Assembly: GCF_009914755.1 (NCBI RefSeq)
Contig: NC_060947.1
From: the human T2T-CHM13v2.0 reference genome, Homo sapiens
Length of the DNA stretch: 64,000 nucleotides
Reading direction: 5' to 3' (one strand)
The position numbers and the translations under genes were made by a program. The notes under the pieces were generated by a model. That model was given only the letters and a program-made list of their open reading frames with translations, made no database searches and was not told the origin of the DNA. Below, in pieces: positions 47,790 to 62,409 of this stretch; position 1 is the first letter of the stretch, and each line of letters begins with the position of its first letter.

Positions 47790-48135
47790 ATTTATTTTTT
47801 TATTTTTTATTTATTTACTTTTCGAGACAGAGTTTTGCTCTGTCACCCAGGCTGTAGTGCAGTGGTGCAATCTCGGCTCACTGCAATGTTCACCTCCTGG
47901 GTTCAAGCGATTCTCCTGCCTCAGCCTCCTGAGTAGCAGGGATTAGAAGTGTCCACCACCACACCCAGCTAATTTTTGTATTTTTAGTAGAGACGCCACT
48001 ATGCTCAGCTAAATTTTGTATTTTTAGGTTTTGCCATGTTGGCCAGACTGGTGCCCAACTCCTGACCTCAGGTGATCCACCCGCCTCGGCTTCCCAAAGT
48101 GCTGGGATTACAGGCGTGAGCCACTGCACCTGGCC
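47790..48135 (-). mobile_element. Alu (AluS) with a duplicated linker segment
   Basis: Antisense dimer; TSD GAAAT(G/A)TTAATTT. Confidence 0.95.
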
Positions 48136-48169
48136 TGTGAAATATTAATTTTATAAGGCATATTTGAAC

Positions 48170-48270
48170 CTTTTTAACCCCCTAGACCTTACTTTTCAAC
48201 TGAGGGAACTAAGGCTTAGAAATATTAAATGACCTGCTCAAGGTTACATATTTCCAAATTACACAGTTGA
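48170..48270 (-). mobile_element. MIR fragment
   Basis: TGAGGGAACTAAGGCTTAGAAATATTAAATGACCTGCTCAAGGTTACA. Confidence 0.65.
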
Positions 48271-48709
48271 TATTAAAGTATCCTTCAATTCACTTACTAA
48301 ACCATGTTATTTTCCACAAGAATTCTACTAACTCTCAATAGAACAAGTTTCTGGTTTCTCACTTTTGTTATGATGGAAAAACATTTGCCAGCCAGTAGTA
48401 TTTTGGCAAGTGTTTTTAAAGTACCTGTTATATATACTTAAGACAGTATTATACATACAGTAATGTGCCAACATATATATATTAAGAAAATTTTTAATTT
48501 GTGGTGTTTATATATTCTAGAGATGATAATAAGAATAATACGTTTTAATCAGTTTGTGATTGTAACAATATACTTGTCAATATATATAGCTTAAAACATA
48601 GTAATTCAGATGTGCTCTGCTCATGTAAACTATAGTGAAAAAAATAAATATTTTTGTGAATTATATACTTCTTTCAGTACTTCCAAAGATGAAAATATGT
48701 TGTTAGAAA

Positions 48710-48711
<2 letters not shown>

Positions 48712-48754
<43 letters not shown>
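48712..48754. repeat. (AC)21 microsatellite
   Basis: Direct reading. Confidence 0.95.
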
Positions 48755-48755
<1 letters not shown>

Positions 48756-49336
48756 TTATGTATGTATTTTACATTTCCAAACTGTGCTTTGTTGACATAT
48801 CTATGATTATTACTGTACTTGTAGAAATACACGTAAAATACACATAATATGAGTTTTTGCCTTGAAGAGAAAATAATTTCATTCACGTAGACATTTCAAC
48901 TTTAAAAAGGAAAGATAAATTACATTTTATAAGATGGAATCACAGTGAAATTATCAAAGAATTATGCTCATCTTATTTTTGGCATATTACTCTGTGGTAA
49001 GGCATAAATTAAGTGACTGGATGAATTTGTTAGATATAGGTATTTTTTATATTATTCTGCTAACAATAGCAATGTTTTCACTATATGAGAAACATCACCA
49101 ACATTGTCCCCAGTTAACTGATTTCCCTAAGTCAAATTCTTCTTTAGCAGTTGGGAATGAATATTATGAACACAATTATGTACCATCTCACTTACTCTTC
49201 AATGAAAAAGGCATACTCCACATATTGGTTCTAGATTTATAAACTGCCTCTCTGTTTGAAAGCATTTAAATTTTAAATGCACTTGAGGACAAAAAAAAAA
49301 TGAATTTTTAATGTCAGATAATAATGCACACAATAA

Positions 49337-49635
<299 letters not shown>

Positions 49636-49685
49636 CTGAAAACACTTTTAATTAATATATATTCTATTCAGCTTGTTTTGGAAAG

Positions 49686-49731
49686 TTGTTTTGTTTTGTT
49701 TTGTTTTGTTTTGTTTTGTTTTGTTTTGTTT
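49686..49731. repeat. (GTTTT)n microsatellite
   Basis: Direct reading. Confidence 0.95.
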
Positions 49732-50542
49732 CTTGAATTTTTGCCAGAGAGGAGAGAGCTAGTTAATGTTCCATGGTTTCTATTTCCCTCTTGGGAAGAA
49801 ATAGTCTTAGTTCTTCAACTGGTACTTTAAAAAGGTCTCAATTTCATCATACTTATTACCTTTATCTCCTTAAAATCTCCAGACTAATTCATCCATTGTC
49901 CGTAAATACATAATAGTCTTTTTCATTCATGTCCCACTCATGCTATTCTCCCATTTCATTACTATTTGTTGTGATTCCATCCTTTGGTCAATGTTTTCTT
50001 GAAGGCTCCTAAGTTTGTTTTTTTTTTTTTCTCATTGCCATAGCACATACTATATTACCCTTTGTCCAAAGTTCAGTAATTACTAATATCTGTATTTGTC
50101 ATCAATTACTTTGAATTACACTCATTTTATTATTTTCTTCTTGTCTTGATACTTGGATTATAAACTTCTTATGAGCAAAGATTTGAAGTATTCCAAAATT
50201 CCTCAAATTGTATTTTTCTTAATAATGTTAGCTCTCAACACAGTGTATGTTTAGAAGTCATCTCTCCATACGATAAAGAATATATAATAAAATATACTAC
50301 ATATTTTCCTTTTATTTTTATATCTAGTTTTAGAACACAATTAAGGAAGTTGAACCAGAAGAGTTTACATTCATTATTGCAAATAGAAGAGTCTATTCTA
50401 AAACTAAACAACAGGAATATTTAGAGCTTTGTTAGCTTGAAATACTCTCAGTATAATAGTTAAAACTTGAGAAATTTTATGTATCAAGCACTTTGTATCC
50501 AGGTTTTTATTTAATCCTTATAACACATGTCTATTATTATAC

Positions 50543-51040
50543 TGAAACTGACCCAATTGTCCCATAAAGCTGATGTTAATGGTTTCTTTTGAATAAACAT
50601 GCAAATTGATCCTCCCAGTCTTAAATTTTCAGAAAGTTAAAGTTGTTGTATCTGAGTTTCTTTCTCAGGAAACCGACCCTCAGACCTTCCAGATAGTACC
50701 AAGGAACCGAAACATACCAGATCATCTCATCTGGCCAATAAGATGCCAGACTCCTCATCCATCATGATTGCCTAATTGACGACCTGCTTCCTGTGGACCA
50801 ACTCCTCTTTCTTACCCCTCCCTCATTCCTGTTTTCTAACACACAGTTCCATTTCTTCTCTGCTATATAAACCTTTAATTTTAGTGCATCAGGGAGACAG
50901 ATTTGAGACGGATCTCCTGTTCTCCTCAGCTGCAGCAGCCTAATAAAGCCTCCTTTATGACAATACTTGTTGTCTCAGTGATTAGCTTTCTGTGCAACAA
51001 GCAGCAGAACCTCGACTGAACTCCTGGCATTTCAGTAACA
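50543..51040 (+). mobile_element. LTR54-like solo LTR, copy 3, inserted in a MIR
   Basis: TGAAACTGACCCAATTGTCCCATA...CAGTAACA; TSD ATAC/ATAA; MIR-like halves at ~50480-50542 and ~51041-51140. Confidence 0.85.
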
Positions 51041-51571
51041 ATAACTCTTGTGGAAATGACAAGACTGAGTCTTGTGCATACTAAATAACTTCTGCAAGGT
51101 AAAAGAGCTAATAAGTAGTATAAGAGGGCATTAAGCCAAGGATGTCATCTTCACAAACACAACTGCACACTAACATATTCAGAGTGAAGACACATTAAAG
51201 CCTAAGACACCTGAATCTTCGACTTTATAGATGTGAAAACCAAGACACGGGTTAAATATCTTGCCAAGATCATACAGGTACTAAGTGAAGTAAGATAAGA
51301 ATAAAAATCTAGTGCCTCCAAGCTTGCTCTATTTTAGTAAGCAGAGACCAGTCTTCCAGTTAATGCCTGGAGGTTAACTTTAGTTGCTGTAGATAGCTTA
51401 AGTAATATAAATTTATTTTTAAAATTCTTTAATGTTTGGTAGTATAACCAACTCTTCAGATGTAGGCTAGACTTGAATGTGCTAGAAATTTTTTTAAGTG
51501 AGAAATAATCAAGGTGAGATAAGTTACATATATGTAATTACATGTGTATGCATATATATGTGTGTGTGTAT

Positions 51572-51604
<33 letters not shown>

Positions 51605-53957
51605 AAATATATATAAAATACTGAAACTAGGCAGCTGTGTTTCTTAAGGGAAACACTGCATTATCCTAAGTCCATTCGTTTGCAGCCTACCAGGGAGGGT
51701 ATCTTCCTTTTTCTTACTAACTTAGATGTTCTATTTTCCCCTAATGCCAATGTTAGAAACTCAAGTGGCATTTGTGAGTATTCATAAAAGAATTTTAGCT
51801 ACTTCCTACACATACCTGTTCTGATATAGCCAAAACCATTTGGTGACATTATCAACTAATTAAGGTGAGAAATGTGATAGAAAGAGCACATGCCACATGG
51901 AACAAATATAAAAGTGTCAACCACATAAATGGAAAATTCCATCGTGTTGGTTTCTCTGTGAAACATGAGTTGTGTACTAAATTCCTTCCTTAATACATGA
52001 GAGTCATAATCTCAAAATAAATAAAAGTATATAGTATTTAATTGAAACCAACATTAGTTGAGACTCTACTATAAAGAACACCTGTTAGATTTGATAAAAA
52101 TTATATAGAAGAATAAAAGAGGGTCTCTTCTCTTAAGGGTGCTTATCTTCTGAAGAGTATGGTGTAGAGTGAAATTAAATAAAAATGCATGCCGAAGAAA
52201 TTAAAGATAAAATTAATAACTTCCATACTACAGAATGAGAATCACTCATATTTAATTGAGAAGGAATTTTAAAAGTTTTCAAGAAGAGAAGCTATTTAGG
52301 TGAGTTTTAAAATAACAGGCCAAAATATTCAGTACCTAATATTATTATCTACTTAGAACATATTTTACATATTGTGAAAAATGAATATATTACTTATAAA
52401 GTAAAATATTGTTATAATTATAAAGTGGTAACAGGCAGAAGAACAGCAAAATTAATAGGTGTTGGAAGTCAGGTATCAAAAGTTAGTGGAGGATTATTGC
52501 AAAGTTTTATAATCTGTCCAGTAAATTAAAAATAATACATTTTATTAACATTATTTTTAGAATATAAAGCAAATTAATATCATCTATTCCATTCTTCTTG
52601 ATTACATACTTATAAAACAGAAACCATTTCATTTTTTCTAGTAAAGAACACTATGGATATACATAGACTACTTAGCAGATATTTGCTAAGCTCCAACAAT
52701 ACATCTCCCCCAGAATATTCTAAACATTAAGGCATCCATTTGGCAAATAATATACCTCATATCATTTATTCTCCTTTACAAGACATTTCTTATATCTTGG
52801 CACCAAATAATTCTGAAGGAATGAAGTAGTCATTCCTAACCAGATCGTAGAGGACCACCTGGCAGAAAGACATACCATGTATCTCACTGGAATTTTTCTA
52901 ATACTGCCCTAACACACTGGCCAAATATGCTTAATCAATGAGTCTAAGTAATTGAATTTTCAAAAATAAGCTTATTCCTTTGCATGAGTATATTAACAAG
53001 ATATGCCACAAATGATTATTCTTTTAAAGCAGATGGTGCATTTTCAGCAACAATTATTGAAGAGTAGATATCTATATTTAAACAAATTCCACCACCTACT
53101 ATCATGTTTCATTTGACAATCTGTTCTTTTCAATTCTAAGATTCTCATCTTTTGTGAGTTGAGAACCTTCTTAATGTGTTTTAGAGAAATTGAAATACTT
53201 TGTTGTTATATCAAGTACATCTCAAATTTGCAAGGGTTAGTGCTGCCTTTTCAAAGCAGAAACACAAATTCCCCATAATTCCTGGCCATTTGAGAAATAT
53301 TCCATGTGAGGAAGATCACGAAAATAAGAATAAGTTACTTAATTAACTAGTATGTATCCTTCAAATTCACCCTAGATACCATATGTAGTAGTATAACAAT
53401 TTTCAATAATAGTTAATCAATCATTTCAAAAATTTACTTATGTTTTCTGCAAAGCAAAATACTATTTTGAAGGTGTTTTATTGCTTTAAAGTAGCAATTA
53501 CAATGATATCTGTTATGTTTATTTTATATTTATGATAACCTTATATTAATTTTTTTGGGGGAAAAAGGGTAAGGAAAGGTGAACTTCCATCCAACTTTCT
53601 ATAATCTTCCATCAGAATTCTGGTTAGCACTGTCTGGCCATTCATCCAATAACTCAAATTTATTGCCTAATTGCCTGGAGCACAGTTAGTTACATAATAA
53701 TTGTGCTAAAAAAATTGGGAGTATTTTGACCTAATAGTGTCGTGTCTAAGTCACCAACTACAGACTCATCGTCCTGAGGAAAACACAAGTGAGCACTCCA
53801 GTGTCATGTTAAATGGAAGCAAACCACAGCCAGTCAGGAACAGTGTACTTAACATTAAAAGAGAGAAGTCGACTTAAATATATCTTAATTTACAAGAATT
53901 GCTTCAAGTAAATTAAAAGTAATATTCAGGATTATTCTTAGAAAAGCAAACTCCCCT

Positions 53958-54005
53958 ATGCTTTGGGAGGCTGAAGTGAGAGGATCGCTTGAGGCCAGGA
54001 GTTCC
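53958..54005 (+). mobile_element. 48-nt internal Alu/FLAM fragment without poly-A, between 18-bp direct repeats
   Basis: CTTTGGGAGGCTGAAGTGAGAGGATCGCTTGAGGCCAGGAGTTC. Confidence 0.85.
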
Positions 54006-54530
54006 AGAAAAGCAACCTCCCCTCTTTAGTCTTAACAAACTGACTTTGGGCTGTGATAAGGAAGCTATAGCACAAAAGTTGTGATATTGTAAGCTTAAGA
54101 ATTGCTGAACTGAAATAGATGTTGTACTACATTCCCTTAATATGCCTTCTGATTTTGTAACTAGACCTCATAAAAAGTGATACGGTTAATGATAAGATTT
54201 AACATTAATATTAAAGTGTTAATTTTAATAAGATCCTTTGATACACAGAAAAACACTAGTCACACTTGGTGACACAATTCAGTTTAGACCATTATTATCT
54301 TTATTATCTTTTTTTTCTATATGTAACATATGGGTGAATAGTGGTAAAGGTAGGAATATAGGCAAGCTTCCTAAAAGTAGGAATATAGCAAGTTGTTGCT
54401 AAAGCTATCTATTTAGTAAATAAAATGTGGTCCGGTAGAGTATGCGCTAGCTACAGGTGACTATTGAGAACTTGAAATATGGCTAGTCTGAATTCAGATG
54501 TGCTATAGGTGTTTATACACACTGGATTTC

Positions 54531-54684
54531 TTTTTTAAAAAATATTTATCATTATTATTATTTTTAGTACAGGGAGAGTGTCACTATGTTGCCCAGGCTG
54601 GTCTCAAACTCCTGATCTGAAGCAATTTTCCCTCCTTGTCCTCCCAAAACACTGGGATTACAGGTTGAGCAACCATAACTGGCT
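54531..54684 (-). mobile_element. FLAM/AluJ monomer
   Basis: Antisense monomer; TSD TGGATTTCT. Confidence 0.85.
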
Positions 54685-54771
54685 TGGATTTCTGAAGGAA
54701 TTAAAAATGTAAAATATATATTTAATATATTGAATGTATACTGAGATAATATTCTTCATATATTGAGCTAG

Positions 54772-55133
<362 letters not shown>

Positions 55134-55217
55134 TGGTTAATAGAAAATTTTAAGTTACATATGTGGTTCTACTTAGTGACTCACAATATATTTCTGTTGT
55201 TCAGTGTTGCTCTACCA

Positions 55218-55443
55218 CAGGTTTTTTTAACCCATAATTAAGCAACACTATTGACATTTTGGGCTGGATAATTATCTGTTGTAGGGAGATATCCTGTGCA
55301 TCATATGATGTTTGGAAGCATCTCTAGCCTCTACCTGCTAGATGCCAGGAGCATATCTCCCCAACCTGTGACAACCAAAAATGTCCCCAGACACTTGCCA
55401 AACATCCCCTGGAGGCAAAATTACTCCTGTTTGAGAACCACTA
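55218..55443. mobile_element. MER20 hAT element
   Basis: CACTATTGACATTTTGGGCTGGATAATT...ACAACCAAAAATGTCCCCAGACA...TTGAGAACCACT. Confidence 0.85.
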
Positions 55444-55826
55444 GTCTACTACAGCATCCAAAGTAATCTCATATTGCCATACCAAGACAATTTTTCAATG
55501 CTATATTTGACAAAGGAAAAATGCACATACCTAAAATTCAAAGGCATTGCATTTGCTCATTTGATATGCTTAGCAAAGTAATTATTTTTCAATATGTTGT
55601 TTCCTATTAGAAATGCAATGCTATTGTATTATAATGGAAGAGCAAACTGTATATAGAAATAAGACCGACAGAATGTTCACAAAACTATGAATTCTAACAC
55701 ATTTCATTAATTTAAAATAAATGTAAATAAAAATTGGTTCACAAAAATTTAAAATTAAAATTTCAATATATAACTTTTTTTAAAAGATCACCTTTTCAAG
55801 ACAGTGACATTTTTCATAATGACAAA

Positions 55827-56523
<697 letters not shown>

Positions 56524-57997
56524 CCAGTTTAAATTTACATAAATAACAGATTAATGTGGATAGATTCTTTATATAAATTCCTGGGTTATGACTTTGGGTC
56601 ACATCCAAGGAACAGTGGCTTTCAAGTTTTCCAGTATAAATTTTAAGTTTATAGTTGACTTCATGACAGTGTTTTACCAGAAAAGGAGAATAATGGAACT
56701 GTACATAATAAAACTGCTTGTTTTATTAACCATGTAGCAACTTAAAAAGCAGCTCAAATTCCTCAACATGTAGCTAATACCTGTTGATTATATTGTTAAG
56801 CAAAGAAATCTTTAGTATATTTAGCTCAAGCCAGTAGTCTAAAGTGGTTTTTATCACAGTTCTCCTACAAGCCGTTTTAAATAGTTACTATTTCTTTATT
56901 TTGTGGTACCACACAAATCAATAACTGACTGAATTAGAGCTTTTATATGATATTAATGACTATGTTAATACTCAAAGTTGTTTTCAACTGTGAAAAAGCG
57001 ACAGGAGATCTCATGCCTCATTTGTGTTTCATTTGAAGCAGAGGCGAAAACCAAATCTTTTTAGCAAGAAAGAAAAATAAATTTGCATAATGAAATATAA
57101 TCATTTTGTATATTTCTCATTTTTATTTTAAATTGAGGAAATATGCATTTGAATTCACAGTAACTGCTCTCAAGGCACGGTGAGTTAATAATGTCAATTT
57201 GTTGCTAAGACTTCATTAAAAAATGGGGAAGAGAAGGAACGAACTGTTCAGATAAAATAGAATAGCTAAAAGCACAACTAAGCATTGTTCTCAGTAGGCA
57301 TAAATGGCAGAATTTTCTCTGTGACAACAAAGAACAGCCTATAATAGGACAATTTATATTAGCATGTTTGTTATCAAGTACATCCTCTCTTAAGATTTTA
57401 AAACACCTGCTCTATTTCTTTTTCTACCACTATAGTCGTCTCGTATGCCAAGGACCATTACTACCATGTTGGCTATTGATGGACAAAGCTGCTACTTTGG
57501 GTCAGTGATTAGCTTCAGGGTAGTACTGAAACTCTGTGACCCAAGGCTGTGACATATATGTGCAAATAAATAAGTAAAATATTCCTCTTTTTAAGACTAA
57601 TACCTCCCATTTCATAAGACTTATCCATTTCCTAGAAATATTATCCAACTTGAAATAAATATTTAGCAGTTATTGGGGTGGGGTGGTGGTGAGGAGATTA
57701 GTTCATTACTACAGAGAGCCAAATCAGTTGTTAGCCAAAACTAAAAAAAAAAAAAAAAAAAAAAAAGCATAGCTAACTACTTATTGTCTCCATGATTTCA
57801 CGCTTTTTGTTACGATGCCAGCTAACTTATGTCATCCTTTTGTTTAATCATCATGTGTATAGACACTCCCAAGGGCCTATGGCTTTCTATGTTAGTATAC
57901 ACATTTTGTACATGTTGATGGGAAATTTTGCAGCCTGAAGCCAAGAATCTTGAGACTTAGAATAACTTTGCCAAAAGTCATTCTGGCAAAGTAATTA

Positions 57998-58851
57998 TGA
58001 AACAGGAAAGGTTCCCCTGTCCCCATCGCCAGGGCATGATACAGGGGGCGTGGCTCACTTCTTCAGTGGCCCGCTGCTCAAACCTCTAGGGGAACATACA
58101 GACTGGCAGGTTGTGGGGCTCCGACCCCAAGGCAGCGTCTTGGTGTGAATGTTTACAGCTCCTGAAACCCCAGTGGGCATGTGTTACAGGGTGCTTTTAG
58201 TTTAGCCATCTTTAGACGGCTTGTGTTAGTCGGCTCAATTAGACCCCGTTCCTTATCACAAGGACAGAGGGATTTCTATATCCCAGAGTTTCTTGCCTTG
58301 GTGCACCAGAAGAATCATATCACACTAGGCTTGGAGAATGAATGCAAAGTTTTATTGAGTAGAAGTAGCTCCCAGCGGATGGGTGAGCCAGAAGGCAGAT
58401 GGTTTTCCCTGGAGTTGGGCTGCTCTATGGCCCTGGCACTCCTCCAACTGCCCCGGCCAAACTCTGCCTCGTGCCACAGGTTGATGGCCTGCCCGCCTGC
58501 TGGCGTCTGTCAGTGTGCTCTTCCGCCGGCGTGCTCCTCTCTACGTCCTCTCGACATCCAGCTGCTTGTGTCTTCTCCCACCGATCTGCTCCTCTTCATG
58601 TCCAGCAGCTTGTGTCTCTACCTTGCTAGGGTCTCGGGTTTTTATAGGCCCAGGATGGGGGCGTGGCGGGCCAGGGTGGGCTTGGAAAATGCAACATTTG
58701 GGCAGCAAAACAGAAATACCGGTCCTCACCTAGGTCTGTAGTGGTAGAGCCCTAGCCAGGGACTATGCCTTCCTCTACCCAGCACTTCCCTTCCCCCATT
58801 CCGTATCATTTAAAGGGACCACGTTCTTCCCTACCCAGCACTCCTGTATCA
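57998..58851 (-). mobile_element. LTR1-group solo LTR
   Basis: Collinear with 18536-19316; minus-strand TATAAAAA at ~58640 and AATAAA at ~58351; TSD ATTA/GTTA. Confidence 0.85.
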
Positions 58852-59621
58852 GTTACATTTAAAAGAACACCCTTCTGAAGAAACTCTTCATTAAATAATA
58901 GACAGAAGATAATATGTGGTCGTGGGTAGTGGGGAGGGGGAAGCAAAAACACAGTCTCGGGATAGGATATAGTAATTTGGATCCATTGGTTAAAAATTCC
59001 TAAAGAAGTGAACAACTACTTAGGGGCAGAGTTTCTTCTCTTTTCTCCTCCTCTTCTTCCTCCTCCTCCTTTTCCTTTCCTCCACTTTCTTTTCTTCTCT
59101 CTGTTTCTCTCTCAGGAAATAAAGTCAACATACTGAGTTGCTGAGCAGACCTGGCCCTAGGCAGAATCATAAAGTAGGGAAGATTATGTGCATCATTTTT
59201 ACTAAATACTTTAGCTTTTCTGTGCTATCCATCCATCTCAGTACCCATTATTCCCCTGCTCCACATTGTACCCTGAACTTAATTCTGCCATTTGTATCCA
59301 TTGTTGTTGAAAAACTACTGCTATAACACCTACCAGTTCCTCAGGACCACTCTAATTTATGATATTAGCTCATATACAAATATTATAAAGTCATCTCTAC
59401 TAGTGGCACGTTCATTTTTAGATAATCTATTATAAACAATACATGAAATGAATAAATATCTAAAATTGAACTGAAGGAAGCATTGGTGCAGACTGGGACA
59501 GAACAGTTAGGACAAATTTATTGCCAAAGTTGTTTATTATTGACACTATACATATATCCACTCCTCTCAATCACACAGAAATGTTGTCTACTCAGAACTT
59601 GATTCATGAAAATAATGTAGC

Positions 59622-62409
59622 TTAAACCTGTACAACTGTCTCATAGAACTGATATTTATTGTTTCCTTTGAATAAACAGGTAAATTTACCTTCCCAGTCT
59701 CAAAACTTGAGAAAGTTATATTTGTCTTATCTGAGTTTCTTTCTCAGCAAACCAACACTCAGGCCTCCCCGATAATATCAAGGGACTGAAACTCACTACG
59801 TCACTGCATCTGGACAATGAAATACCAGACCCCTCACCCATCATGACTTCCTCATTGACCATCTGCTTCCTGTCAATGAACTCCTCTCCTCCCTTACCCT
59901 AATTCATGCTTTCTTACACACATGGTTACATTTCTTCCCGCTATATAAAACCCTCATTTTAGGCAGTTTTGAGACTAAAATTAGACTACAATTATACTAA
60001 AATTTGGGGAGATGGACTTGAGACTTATTGTGTTAGTCAATTTTCATGCTGCTGATAAAGATATACCTTAGCCTGGGTAATTTATAAAGAAAAAGAGGTT
60101 TAATGTATTCACAGTTCCACGTGGCTGGGGAGGCCTCGCAATCATGGCAGAAGGTGAAAGGCATGTCTTACATGGCAGCAGGCAAGAGACATGAGAGCCA
60201 AGTGAAAAGGGAAACCCCTTATAAAACCATCAGATCTCATGAGACTTACTTACTACCATGAGAACAGTGTGGAGGAAACTGCCGCCCTGATTCAATTATC
60301 TTTCACCAGGTCCCTCCCACAACACATAGGAATTATGGGAGCTACAATTCAAAATGAGATTTGGGTGGGGAAACAGTCAAACCATATCATTCCAACTCTG
60401 GCCCTTCCCAAATCTCATGTCATCACATTTCAAAACCAATCATGCCTTCTCAACAGTCCCCCAAAGTCTTAACTCATTTCAGCATTAACTCAAAAGTCCA
60501 CAGTCCAAAGTCTCATCTGAGACAAGACAAGTCCCTTCTGCTTATGAGCCTGTAAAATTAAAAGCAAGTTAGCTACTTCCTAGATACAATGGGGGTACAG
60601 GCATTGGGTAAATACAGCCATTCCAAATGTGAGAAATTGGCCAAAGCAAAAGGGCTACAGGCCCCACTCAAGTCTGAAATCCAGCAAAGCAGTCAAATCT
60701 TAGAGTTCTGAAATAATCTCCTTTGACTCCATGTCTCACATCCAAGGTGCACTGATGGAAGAGGTGGGATCCCATGGCCTTGAGCAGTCCCACCCCTGTG
60801 GCTTTGCAGGGTACAGCTCTTCTCCTGGCTGCTTTCATGAGCTGGTTTTGAGTGTTTGCAGCTTTTCTAGGTGTACAGTGCAAGCTGTAGGTGGATCTAC
60901 CATTCTGGGGTCTGGAGGATGGTGGCCCTCTTCTCACAGCTCCACTAGGCAGCATCCCTGTGGGGACTCTGTGTGGGGGCTCCAACTCCACATTTCCCTG
61001 CCACACTGCCCTAGCAGAGGTTCTCCATGAGGGCCCCACCCCTGCAGCTAGAAATTCAGGCATTTCCATATAGCCTTTGAAAGCTAGTCGGAGGTTCCCA
61101 AACCTCAATCTTCAACTTCTGTGCACCTACAGATTCAACACCACATGGAAGCTGCCAAGGTTTGGGCTTGCACCCTCTGAAGCCATGGCCCGAGCTATAC
61201 CTTGACCCCTTTTAGCCATGGCTGGAGTGGATAGGACACAGGTAATCAAGTCCCTAGGCTGCACACAGCAGGAGGGCCCTGGACCCAGCCCAGGAAACCA
61301 TCTTTCCCATGAAACCATTTTTCCTTCGTAGGCCTCTGGTCCTGTGATGGGAGGGGCTGCTGTGAAGGTCTCTGACATGCCCTGGAGACATTTTCCCCAT
61401 TGTTGTGGTGATTCACATTGGAATATTCATTACTTATGCAAATTTCTGCAGCCTGCTTGAACTTTTCCCCAGAAAATGAGGTTTACTTTTCTATTGCATC
61501 CTCAGGTTGCAAATTTTCCAAACTTTTTTGCTCTGCTTCCTCTTGAATGCTTTGCCACTTAGAAATTTCTTCTGCCAGATACCCCAAATCATCTCTCTCA
61601 AGTTCAAAGTTCCCCATATCTCTAGGGCAGGGGCAAAAATCCACCAGTCTCTTTGTATAGCAAGGGTCACCTTTACTCCAGTTCCCAACAAGTTCCTCAT
61701 CTCCATCTGAGATCACCTCAGCCTGGACCTTATTGTCCATATCACTATCAGAATTTTGGGGAAAACCATTCAACAAGTCTCTAGGAAGTTCCAAACTTTC
61801 CCACATCCTCCTATCTTCTTCTGAGCCCCCCAAACTGTCCCTACGTCTGCCTGTTACCCAGTTCCAAAGTCACTTCCACATTTTCAGGTATCTTTACAGC
61901 AGTGCCCCACTACCTGGTATTAGCCTGTTTTCACAGTGCTAATAAAGACACACCTGAGACTGGGTAATTTATAAAGAAAAAGAGGTTTATTGGACTCACA
62001 GTTCCACATGGCTGGAGAGGCCTCACAATCATGGCAGAAGGTGAAAGCCACGTCTTACATAGTGGCAGACAAGAGAGAATGAGAGCCAAGCCAAAGGGGA
62101 AACCCCTTATAAAACATCAGATCTTGTGAGACTTATCCACTACCATGAGAACAGTATGAGAGAAACTGCCCCCATGATTCAATTCTCTCCCACCAGGTCC
62201 CTCCCACAACATGTGGGAATTATGGGAGCTACAATTCAAGATGAGATTTGGGTGGGGACACAGCCAACCCATATCAGTTATCTACCATTCTACTCAGCTG
62301 CAGCACCAGAATAAAGCCTTCTTCCCTGGAAATACTCATTGTCTCAATGATTAGCTTTCTGTTTGGCAAGCAATGGGACCTAGAGTCAATCCCTGACATT
62401 TTGGTAACA
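59622..62409 (+). mobile_element. LTR54-like solo LTR, copy 4, split by THE1
   Basis: 5' part 59622-60028; 3' part 62277-62409 ending GGTAACA. Confidence 0.85.
60029..62276 (-). mobile_element. Full-length THE1 (B/C-type) MaLR: 3' LTR 60029-60389, internal region, 5' LTR ~61917-62276
   Basis: Two ~360-bp LTRs; gag-like remnant SEEDRRMWESLELPRDLLNGF (ORF 61483-61833); TSD CTTAT/GTTAT. Confidence 0.95.

Noticed and set aside
57961-57996. Imperfect 13-bp inverted repeat beside the LTR; similar quasi-palindrome at ~52671-52690
   Set aside because: Short, imperfect and AT-rich; plausible by chance.
58181-58741. 186-aa ORF and similar ORFs in the 2.5, 5.5 and 19 kb LTRs
   Set aside because: Confined to GC-rich solo LTRs, with no recognisable protein similarity.
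58770-58851. Repeated CTACCCAGCACT...GTATCA at the LTR terminus
   Set aside because: Appears to be an intrinsic duplication of this LTR subfamily; the TSD lies outside the outer copy.
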